Made by a program: the position numbers and the translations under genes. Shown in pieces: positions 51,312-61,883 of a stretch of DNA of 64,000 bases; positions within the stretch are counted from its first letter, which is position 1, and every line of letters begins with the position of its first letter. Source of the DNA: Marsupella aquatica (lineage: Eukaryota; Plantae; Marchantiophyta); the NCBI GenBank assembly GCA_973895155.1, contig OZ316897.1:1861212-1925211 (forward strand), given 5' to 3'. Below the pieces are notes generated by a model. It did not search any database and was not told the DNA's origin. It worked only from the letters and a program-made list of their open reading frames with translations.

Positions 51312-52770
51312 TAATGCGACCAAACCCCATTTGGTCACGGCCCTGGTCCAATAGAATTTAGAGTTTTACAAGAATTCTTTACCCATCGCTTTTGTGTGAG
51401 TCTGTGGCCTTCGGAATTGTTATGAGAAGCAGCAGTGCCTCCTCCGACTCGTACTCTTCTAGGGGGCCGGACGAAGAGAAACGAGTCAGCGCGTGGAGTT
51501 CGTTGTCGACGAGACCACACAGAGCGAGACAGAGGGAGGACCAGAGGACGGAGAGCAGAGGCAGAGGAGAGGAGAGGCAGAGGAGAGCAGGACGAGGCGA
51601 GAAATAGTTGTCCCAAGTCTTCTTTCGGGAAATCGAGGATTGGCATTTTGTCGGAAAGGTATCGCGAGAGCACCCCGAGCATGGACTCCTCCACTGATGC
51701 TGCTGATGCTGTCCGCGGTGCCCCTTGTTTGCTGCTGCGGCTGCTGCCATCATCACCGTCTCGCTTGGTTCCCTCCCTCGTGAGTCCTCGGATTGCTGCC
51801 CCGCACTGGCGCAAAGCTTGAATGCCGGATTGCCGTGCTCTCGCTGCATTCAAAATCTCTCCGCCTCGCTCACTTCGGTGAAAACTAATTCTGAGCTCCT
51901 CGTGTGCGCGAAAAGGAGAGAGGGAGGGTGGGAGAAGACGACGCTGCGAGGCGGATTTGGGTCGTGGGACGGGACACTGGAGCAACCGCCATTGGTGTGC
52001 GCTGCGTCCCGCTTTTGGGTTTCTTGCTCACTTGTGTGCACTGCACGGAGGCTGGTGGCGGTGGTTGTGTGGTGGTCGTCCACCTCTGCGCGCATCCGTT
52101 TCTCTTGCTTTTCTTGCGACGCATGGAGAGTGGTCCGGCGTATTTCCTTGCACTCTGCTCTGCTCAGTTGGGTATGGTTGCTCTCCTTCGATCATCGTAC
52201 CGATCATTTCACCGATTATTGCGTAGTGTGATTCGACCGATTTTACCGATTGCTTTTGTGTGAGTCCGTCGCCTTCGGAATTGTTATGAGGAGCAGCAGT
52301 GCCTCCTCCTCCTCAGGCGTCGGTTTTACTCCCGGGTGAGAAGAGAGACAGAACTAACGGACTACGTCAGCTACATTGTCATTTTGAGTTATCTATAGCT
52401 CGATCTTTGTGAGCGGAAGGAAGGGAAGTTGCGGAGTGGTCAGATTTTTGAGAGCGAAGGAGCTGAAGAGAGGGAGAGAATTGCGGCATTGTGTTCTTAA
52501 TCGTCAGGGCAATTCTTTCGAGACTTCTGAAACGCAGAGGCTGCGGAGTAGTCAACGTGGACGGTACTGCTGAGATAGGAGTTTAGCCACAGTGAAGCAA
52601 ACAGTCAGCCGTGGAGAGGGGAAGGGCCCTTGCAGGTGGTGGTGTTCCGTGGATTTATGATTGTGTAGTCTAACATATTCTGGAAATACGCATCCTTCAG
52701 AGAGAAGGAGACTGGACTTAGGACTGGTTGCGGACAGGCAGCCCAATCGCCGAACGATTCGTCGTCCGAG

Positions 52771-53722
52771 ATGTCAGGAGCAATTGCAACCTCGCTTCCC
52801 GTGACGAGGGGCCTCCAAGGTCATCGTGTCCCTTTCCCGAATTTCTCTCGCTCATCCAACAACAGGGGCCCAAGCAGAGTGTTCCTTCCTGTTACTGATG
52901 AAATTCGCTGCAGACACAATCCGGCAATCTCGACTGGATGGAATGTGGTGAAAAGTTCAAGTATTCTTGAAGACACGACTGCCGGTCGGGCTCCGTCGGC
53001 CTCTCCTACTCCGAAGTAAGTGCGTTTCTTGGAATCCTTGGGATTTCTACTTCTCCCAGAATTCCTTAAAGGATGACACTACACGAACGAAAATTAAAGT
53101 AGCAGGCTAGGCTGATGATGAATCCAGCTGCTGCACGGGGTTTTTTCAGGGCATTGTGATGGCGTTTGTTCTTACCACAAGAATAGGAAAAATCTAAGGG
53201 CCAAAGGAACTCAATTGGGTTGTGTGATTCTCTCTTCAGTGGACTGCAGTTTACCGGGGAGCCTACGACTCCTTGTGATAGCTGCAATGGCAGGGGCTGG
53301 TTAGTTTGCGACTTTTGCGAGGGGCAAAAGGTCAACGTTCAAGCCAAGAACAACCGCATTTATCGTCGATGTCCTTCTTGTAGAACTGTAAGTTTCTTGG
53401 ATAATTTGTCCCTATCATCCTGTGAAAAAAAGGTCCACATTGGCATCATTTCGTATTTCACTCTAATACTGATGTCAGGGAGTTCCCACTAATTGCTTAC
53501 TCCAGGTTCGTAGTTGCAGATTTGTTTCGTTGGTACTGGTTACTTCAGGCGAGTTGGTTGCAAAAATGTTTATTTTGGTTATAATCACATCTCATCAATC
53601 ATGTGTACATTTGTTTCTTGTTGGCATTTGTGCGACAGGCAGGGGTAGTGATCTGCCCTCGATGTAAAGTATTTAGATGTGTTTCATATCCAGATGAGAA
53701 AGATACAGGTACGGAACTTTAG
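52771..53722 (+). CDS. DnaJ/Hsp40-like cysteine-rich zinc-finger protein (no J domain), probably plastid-targeted
   Basis: Exons are 52771-53015, 53240-53387 and 53639-53722 (TAG). Motifs are CDSCNGRG, CDFCEGQK, CPSCRTAG and CPRCKVF (CxxCxGxG-type). The N-terminus is Ser/Arg-rich and transit-peptide-like. Confidence 0.9.
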
Positions 53723-56019
53723 CTCCTATAAGAGTGGGTTACAGACCAGGTCATTGGATGACAGAAGCGAACTATTCTACGTTGCGTGGGCATGCCAATC
53801 CTACCTGTTGAACGAATTCGTATCAGCACAAATGTTTTTAAGGCAGGATCAGTGCCATGATGAAGGGCAGCTAACGAGATAAGAAATTCTTCCCATCGTG
53901 CTACATGAGCGATTCTGTCGTTGTTTTTGTTCACGCAAACCTGCACTCGGATCCTGAATAGACAGTTGTATTCAAGGACGTTGCGCAGACGTACATAGAC
54001 CATTTGTTTGCAATACTTTCATTTGCAATATTTTCATCCCGGTCATTTACTAATAATAAGAACACACCCACACACACCCACACCCACACAATGCGGACCA
54101 AAGATGAAACTTTTATGCTCTCTGCGGAATGCAACCTCACACCCATACACACAATGCGGACCAAAGATGAAACTTTTATGCTGTGTGCGGAATGCAACCT
54201 CGAAAATTCTCAGCTAGAAATGAGACATCTGCGGGAGACACGTCCTATCCGTGGTATGTGAGGCAATGCTCAGCTTCCGCTATTTGGGCCACACCATCAT
54301 TTCAAACTGAACCGAGGACCATATGATCCTACTGATACGGAGATCATCAGCGACGTAGGTGCAGAAGGAGATGGAAGATACCATGACTCACAAATAGGTA
54401 CACCATATGATCCTACCGATACGGAGATCATCAGCGACGTAGGTGCAGAAGAAGGAGATGGAAGATACCATAACTCACAAATAGGAACTGTAGCAGAATT
54501 TCAGAGAAGATGCAAAGATTAGGATAGTACTTCCCTCCATTGCAAAGCTCGTTTGCCACTCGAGGGACCTCAATTACACCGCCTGGCTCTCAAACTGCCC
54601 TCTCCCACTCTGAGACCAATTTTGTCGAATGGCAGATGCTGATGGTTTTGGGCAGTATTTTGACTTCAAGCGACTCGAACAATGGGCGAAGTGCCCTTGT
54701 GAGATAGAATACTGGCATGGATCAAAGCTGTCCAACTTAATCTTGCAAAAATTTGAACCGCGTTTGCCCGGCGCCAAATCGAAATTCTCAACGTAGAGCA
54801 GTGAAGAGCAGAAGTCCACATAATCAGTGGCATTCTCTTCAATGGAGAATTAAGAGAGTGACTGAGTGCGTTTGAACTCTGCGAGGAAGTGAAGAAACAA
54901 AGTGATCACAGGATGAACAATGAATGTACAGAGAATGAGATTTGCACGTCATTGGGGAAGAGACACCATAGCTAAAGGCTCCTCGCCTTGTTGCTGTCAA
55001 TGCTTCGTGTACTTCCAGCCTTTCAATTAATTTGTCACTTTGTAATCTGAGGGCAAAAAGTACTCCCTATTCCGGTAGGGGAGCAATATGAATGTATGAT
55101 GACTCCGGCACGGATAGTTTGGTGGGACCGAGCTGTCTAGCGTACGGGGCCAAACTAGGGCGGCAACAAAGCAGCGGGGAGTGAAGCTTTGCTTTGTTTT
55201 GCATGGCACCGGCTGGCCGCCAAAGTAGCCGGACTTCCAGCTGAAGTGCGCCAGCTTAGCCGAAGAGCAATCGGTGTGGGACCTGCTGCCCCGTCCGGCA
55301 GTTTACTGCCCTCAAATCCCCTCTGATATGCTGTCCCCCAAAATATGATTTACTTGTGGTGCACTCTGGCAAGGAGTTAGTGACTTTTCAAGATGGATTG
55401 ATGAAAGTTAGTGACTTTTCAAGATGGAGTGATGAACAGAATTGTTTGATGGTAAAAATTAGTTAGATTGAACATCTCTGAAAACAATTAGTCACTTTTA
55501 GCTATAACTGCTAGTGTAGGTTTTGTGTCCCTTTACGCAGTACCTCACTTAAGCATAGACTCCATAAGCCAAAGTTTAATGGTCAAATTTAAATACAGGG
55601 AGATCTAATTGTTAAAGAAGAATTCAAGAACATTAGATTAATTTTATTCCTAGCATACAGGCTTACAATTGCACACTGGAAAAATAAATGTATTTTCAAA
55701 TATCCATGTATTTCCAGATGTCCATGTATTTCAGCCAGGATTCTAACAATTTTGTATGGAGGGCAGTGGCAATCAAGAGGCACTTTGTGTGATGACAAGT
55801 CCAGCATTTTGTGTAAGGCTTCCTAGTGTGGAGAGAGCAAGATCAAGGTAGAGATCATGAGCTACTTTCTCCCGCATGGTTTTACATGAGAGCATGAAGG
55901 CTCAGCACCATCAACTGAGTCTCTCATGTGAATTTGAAATGATTTGAGGATGCAACACTTACTTTGTTCACTCCACCATGACTTCTTCACTTGTTTAGTT
56001 GAATGGTAGACCTTGAGAT

Positions 56020-59000
56020 TGTGACACATCAGCAAGATGGGGGGTCATTTAAGCAATTGGGTGACAATTTTAGTGAAGCCAAGTGTCATGCCGAGGGACA
56101 GTGCCTCTTATGCACATCGGCATGTCCCTCTCATGCCCGCTAGGTATGTAGTTAGGGCTAGTGTACTACCTGAGTTAGCGACATGTTCTTGTAGCAAGTC
56201 TGGGCCGTTCTTGAAGCAAATGTGCTTGTTAGTGTGACGCCAGGACTTTGCTTGCTTAGGGTATGTCTTTCTTTGTTGGTTTTTAGTTCTTCTTGAATCG
56301 CTGTTGACAGAGCTCAGACAGTGCTCGTCGATTCCGTACACAGGATTCACACAATGATTCGTTAGATGCTCCTGGCTGATCTTGGCATCCTGTCGGTTTT
56401 CGATTCGATTTCAGTACGATTGTTTCTCTTACGCCTTTTATTCAAGAAGAACTGAAATCGATGATCCCTCAAGGTGCTGAGTTTCTGAAATGCTACATTG
56501 ATGATGTGTTGGTCCACAACAAAGGATTTGACCAGCATCTACTTGACCTTGAGGAGCTATTCATGAGGCTTAAGAAGGTGAACCTAAAGATACACCCCAA
56601 GAAGTATGAATTTGCTGTCAGATCAGTAGTATACCTTGGGCACCGCATTCTTCCAAATGGAACCATGGCTCACTGGGCCAAGGTGGTATCCATCTTGGAA
56701 ATGCCCACTCCTACCGATGTTCACACTTTGAGGAGTTTTATTGGGTTGTGCAATTACTACCGGATCTACATCAAAGATTTCAGTACCATTGCACACCCAT
56801 TGTATGCTTTGTTGAAAAAGAATGTGACTTGGACATGGAGTACAGATGCTGAGACAACATTTGCCACTTTGAAGGAGAAGCTCTCAGAATACCCGGTGTT
56901 GAGAAGACCTGATTTCAGCAAGGTCTTTGTACGTGGTACACACAGATTGGAGTGCCCTTGGGATTGGTGCCATTCTGGGCCAGCATGATGAGGAAGGTAA
57001 AGAGTACGTCATTGCCTATGCATCCAGGAGCAACAATCAGACAAAGAGTCATTATTCTTCTTATGAGGGTGAATGCCTTGCTGTTGTGTGGGCTGTCATA
57101 CATTATAGGCCCTACCTCTATGGGACCAGGTTTGTTCTCTACACCGACCACCAGCCCTTGAAGTGGTTGATGACCAACGACAAGCTTACTAGCAAGCTTG
57201 CTCGTTGGGCGATCATACTCCAGGAGTATGATTTTGAGGTAATTCATAGGCCTGGTGTGACACATCAAAATGCTGACACTATGTCCCGCAGCCCTTTGAT
57301 TGCCTCTGATGATCCCTCAGATGCACGGCAGGATTTTGACCAGGTTTCCATCCTGCCTACATTTCATGCATCTACCTATCTTGCTTTGCTGCCATGTTAC
57401 ATTGTTGACCAACCTGTGGTGGACATATGGGAGGACAGCGACACTCTGAGATTTCTGCAGCATGGGGAGTACCCCACCCATGTTACTGCTGCCCAGAGAG
57501 ACCAAATTCAGCAAAGGTCCAAGCGCTACTTGTGGAAGGGAGATCATCTTGTGCGCTGCTTGCCAGACAGGGAAGTGGTGGTTCCACCCATTCATGAGAG
57601 GGTTGGCCTTATCCGTAAGGTACATTCTGAGCTTGGTCATTTTGGCGTTAAGAGGACTTACAGCCTCTTAGTCCCCCATTATCATTGGAGAGGCATGCAT
57701 GGCCAGGTTCGAGATGTTATTGCTAGGTGTGAGCAGTGTGATAGGGTGAGGACTTCTTTCACATCTCGGCAACCCACACTTTATCCACTTCCTATTCAGG
57801 GCATGTTTTATCGTTGGTCATGTGATTTGGCTGGAGAATTACCCCCACATCTCGGGTTAATCTCTACATTATGATCATGATAGAGCATTTCTCCAAGTGG
57901 ATAGAACTTGTGGCATTGCCGGATAAGACCTCCCGTAGCACCAGCCAGACATTCTTGCAACAAGTTCTCAGCCGCTTTGGAGCTTGTGCAGAATGTCTCA
58001 TTGACCAGGGCTCAGAGTTTAGAGGAGAGTTCCAGGAGCTGCTTGATCATGCCCTCATTGATCATTGCCGGACATCACGAGATCACCCACAGGCAGATGG
58101 CTTGGCAGAGCGCATGGTTCAGACATGCAAGAAGGGCCTTCGGAAGATCTGCCTCACCAAAAACAAGGAGGATTGGGACCTGGCCTTACCCTACATTGCC
58201 ATGGGGTATAGGATGTCTAGACATGCATCACTGTCTAAGTTTTCTCCCTACTTCTTGTTGTTTGGTCGTCACCCAGTTCCACCTTCTGCTATTGCTGCTC
58301 ACATGCTTCAGGTGGTGGACTTGGATTCAGTTGCGACTTGGTCTGATGTGATCTGTGAGAGGGCTGCCCTATTCAGGAGGGTTATGCCATGGCCATGGAG
58401 AATTTGGCCATTGCACAGCACAGGGACACACTGCGTTATGCACATACACGAGGGGGCACTTTTCAGCCCAAGGTCAGGAAGTTTGATGTGGGAGATTTTG
58501 TGTACTTGCAGCGGCAAGCTAACGACACCCTGAACACCTCTACTAGGCGTACTATTCTCAGGGTTAAAGCTATTCGACCGTCTGGAGTGCTAGAGTTACA
58601 AGGGGCAGATGGGCGCACAATTGCTGACAATGCCAAGAATTGCGCCCCTTGTCATCTGCCTAACCTAGATCCCACCATTGTGACTTCTACTTGGATTCCA
58701 CCTGTGGACTACCCTTGCAAGGTGTGTTTGCGAATTGATGATGCTGACCAGATGCTGCTGTGTGACAATTGCAATGGAAGGTAGCATCTTTTCTGCCTTC
58801 GGCTTGAACTTACCCAGGTGCCAGAAGGGTTATGGTTTTGCCCTTCCTGTGCTCCACGTGCTACCTGAATTTTCTTCAACCCTCCTTTTGGCTGTGGTCT
58901 GAGGGGGATACAGAGGTTTACACCTCCACTACGTACATACCACTTCATTTGTTTTTTCTTGGCACTTGTGAATGTGATTGAACTTTTTCTATGCATGTTG

Positions 59001-59401
59001 GTTGCTAGCAGCTTGCACATATGCCTTGCCGGTGACTGTATGTTTTCGATACACTATGGCTTCGATACTATATGTCACGACACAAGGTGGATTGAACATT
59101 CCCCATTATGTTCAGCTGCTGTGGTCCCTAGGGATAACTTCCCATTAAAATGACTCCAGCTGATGTCATGCTGGTGGGCAGCAAAATCTTGACTTAAGAG
59201 AAGCTTACAGAAGGGCAACATATTTCATGGATTAGTGCAAATAATACTCTATGCAAAGTGTCTTGTACTAGTCCCTCAAGCAATTGCAAGCATGCACAAT
59301 TTGCACTTATCTATTTGTTGGGTCTAGTGAGACCAACTTGCACATACAAAACTGCAAGAAAAAGTGCAAATACATGTAAAAAGGAAGGGGGGGGGGGGGG
59401 G
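56020..59401 (+). mobile_element. Decayed Ty3/gypsy LTR retrotransposon: RT C-term, RNase H, integrase, C-terminal PHD finger
   Basis: RT YIDD..YLGH..FIGLCNYYR; RNase H HTDWS..YASR..ECLAVVWA..TDHQPL..NADTMSR; integrase H2C2 (HSELGH..CEQC) and D-D-E (SCDLAG, IDQGSEF, GLAER). The RT-RH-INT order is that of gypsy. Frameshifts occur at ~56930, ~57850 and ~58388. A possible 5' LTR lies at ~56020-56352 and a PPT-like purine run at ~59377-59402. gag, protease and the RT N-terminus are missing. Confidence 0.93.
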
Positions 59402-59779
59402 ATTTTGGAGAAGAAGCAAAGCCTTTGAAGTAAAGCTTGCTTTGCACCTATTCATGTTGCACATATGTACCAGTGACTGTAGTCGCCTTAGGAGAAAGAA
59501 AATCCCCCTTAGGTACAAAGGTTTGTTCTGGAGACTCCTACATACACCGCCCTGAAATCCTAGTATAACATAACATGAACAAAGTACTCCCCAAAATACT
59601 GTAACTAGCTACTGTAGTTTTAAGGGACTATTACTTAATGTTGTGTGTGTCTATTGAGATTATGTGAGTTCATCCAAGTAATTTGTCAAGCCTGTCTCTA
59701 TTGGGCTTTTCTTTTGCGCTTACAAACATCATGATACAAACATAAAGTTTCAGACCATGCCTAAGTGGCCCAGGATTGG

Positions 59780-60580
59780 CATCTAGAGAGAAATGAGAGA
59801 TTGACCAAAAACTTGAGACAGACAAGAAGGCCCGAGAGAGAAATGAGAGATTGGGATAAAATGAGATTGAAAGAAAAGAGGGAAGGGGAAGGGGGGGGGG
59901 GGGGGGGGCGAGCCTGAGAAAATGAGAGACTGAAAGTAAAGAGAAATGTGAAAGAAAAGAATGCCCCAGAGAGAACTGAGAGAATGAAACAAAAGAATAC
60001 CCCCAGAGAGAAATAAGAGGTTGAAAGATCACAATGTGGGGAGGAAAGAAAGCCACATAAAGAAATAAGAGGGGAGAAAGAAAACAGACGCAGAAAGAAA
60101 TGAGAGATCAGAAGAAAAGAAGGGGAGATACCAGGGAAAGTCAGAGCAAGGAGAGGTGGGGGAATAGAGCCCCAGAAAAGAAGAGAAAGGGGAGGATGAA
60201 ATGAGAGGGGAGAAAGCAAAGAAAGCCCCAGGGGGAAAGAAAAGAAAGCAGCACAAAGAAAAAGAGTGTTGAAAGAGGGAGAGGGGAGAAAGAAAAAGAA
60301 AGCCCCACAAAGAAAAACAGTGTCGATAGAAAGAGAGGGGGGAAAGGAAAAGAAAGCCCCACAAAGAGAAGGAGTGTTGAAAGAAAGAGAGGGGAGAAAG
60401 AAAACGAAAGGCCCACAAAGATAACAGAGATTGAAAGAAAGAGAGGGGAGAAAGAAAAAGAAAGCGCCAGAAAGAAAAGGGGGACCGGAGGGAAAAGAGT
60501 GGGGGACGTACGAAGGAGTGAAAGGAAAGCCAGAGAAAGAAAAGGAGCCCCCAGAAAGAAACGAGAGGGGAGCTAAGCTA
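59780..60580. repeat. Polypurine (GA-rich) low-complexity tract with a ~59-bp repeat
   Basis: The + strand is strongly A/G-biased. The unit ttgaaagaaagagaggggagaaagaaaaagaaagccccacaaag recurs about four times at ~60230-60470. Confidence 0.85.
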
Positions 60581-60993
60581 AGCTAAGAAGCAGCGAAACT
60601 CGTCTTTGTGCAGAATGCAAAACGCAGAAAAACAGCACCCAACAAAACTGAACTGATGAGAACAGAGGAGAGAAAAGCAGAGCAGCAGAGATTCATTTCG
60701 TTGAGCTCCCTTCGCTTTTCTCTCGGGGACAGATTCATTTGATCGACTGATAACTCACCACCAGAGAGGGGCACGGCCCACCATCGCTGTTGTGTGGCTC
60801 GACGACCTTTACCAAACGTTCACGTGCTTCCTCTTCTTGTGGTTCCTCTGCTTCCGCTCTTCGCATTGAGTTCCGACTCGTCCAGTTTCGTTCTAGGAAA
60901 TCGAATCTATCCTCTGGAATCGTCTATACATTGTTGCTTTCTACGCGGCGAAGATTGAATTTCTGTCTGCTCAGACTCTCGAGAAAGGGAAGC

Positions 60994-60996
<3 letters not shown>

Positions 60997-61042
<46 letters not shown>
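60997..61042. repeat. (AG)23 microsatellite upstream of the MTP gene
   Basis: Read directly from the sequence. It is a potential GAGA/BPC-binding element (inference). Confidence 0.95.
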
Positions 61043-61046
<4 letters not shown>

Positions 61047-61883
61047 AAGTGCTGCAATTACTGTAGAAGTGGTGGTGCGGAGGACGGAAGGGACAGGGTT
61101 CGGCGGTGCTCTACCTCTCGATGTCATGATCGTCGTCTTCTGATTAGTCTTAGTCTTTTAAGTGTCGATAGGCAAAGGGAGCAGAAGGAATTAGGTGATG
61201 CTATCAGCGAATATCGGCGAAAGGTATGTTTCATGCTGACCGCATTGACGTGATCGATTGAAGGAAAGACGGATAGGAAGAGAGAGGTGGACGACGACCA
61301 CGAAGCGACGACAGCAAGACGACGTGAGAGCACTTACGGGTCTGGGGGATTGTGTCAAGAGAGAAACAGAGGCTGGACAAGGACGAAGTGGGGTTTGCGG
61401 TGAGCGAAAGTGCGCTTTTGAACCACCAGTCATACGACACTCCGAGAAAGAGAGAAGGAGCTTTTCTGTTGGAACCGCGCCTCTGCATTCGTAATTATGC
61501 TCGATTATCTCCCATTCTCTAGAGAGCCGCTCCTTGAGAGGATATGGCGTTGATTGTTTGCCATGACATTTCCCCTTAAAGAGAACGAGGGAGAGAAGTC
61601 GGAAGGGAGAGCCAGGGCCATAAGATAGACTCGCTGCACTTCTCGACATGCTTCGGAGTCATCATCACGATTGTCGGGAAGAAGACCGGTTGAGAGCGAG
61701 AAGACGGACACTGTCAGAGCATTAGTCTCATGGACAGAGATAGACAAGGGGGATTCTAATTGAGGTTCTGGGGGTTGAGTTCCGAAAGCGAAGATCTCAA
61801 ATGATCTGATTTTTGTAGCATTGGAAGTCCACGGAAAGGACATTCATCACAGGAATTTGTTTAGTGATTCGTGAGTTTGTGTG

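Larger units (their letters stand above)
49658..54875. repeat. Diverged direct repeats (~49658-50360 and ~53993-54875) bracketing the DnaJ-like gene
   Basis: Colinear blocks include acatagaccatttgt, tattttcatcccggtcattt, aaattctcag.tagaaatgagacatct, cagcgacgtaggtgca, ttgcaaagctcgtttgcc and agagagtgactgagtg. Confidence 0.9.

Noticed and set aside
51335-52263. Multiple 120-216-aa overlapping ORFs
   Set aside because: High GC explains the open frames, and no motif or splice structure was recognised.
55044-55340. Telomerase RNA, SRP RNA or RNase MRP
   Set aside because: No AAACCCT template or conserved SRP/MRP motifs were seen, and there is no correctly spaced USE+TATA promoter.
59670-60418. 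Phe/Leu/Ser-rich minus-strand ORFs resembling membrane proteins
   Set aside because: They are artefacts of the polypurine tract, which has few stop codons on the pyrimidine strand.
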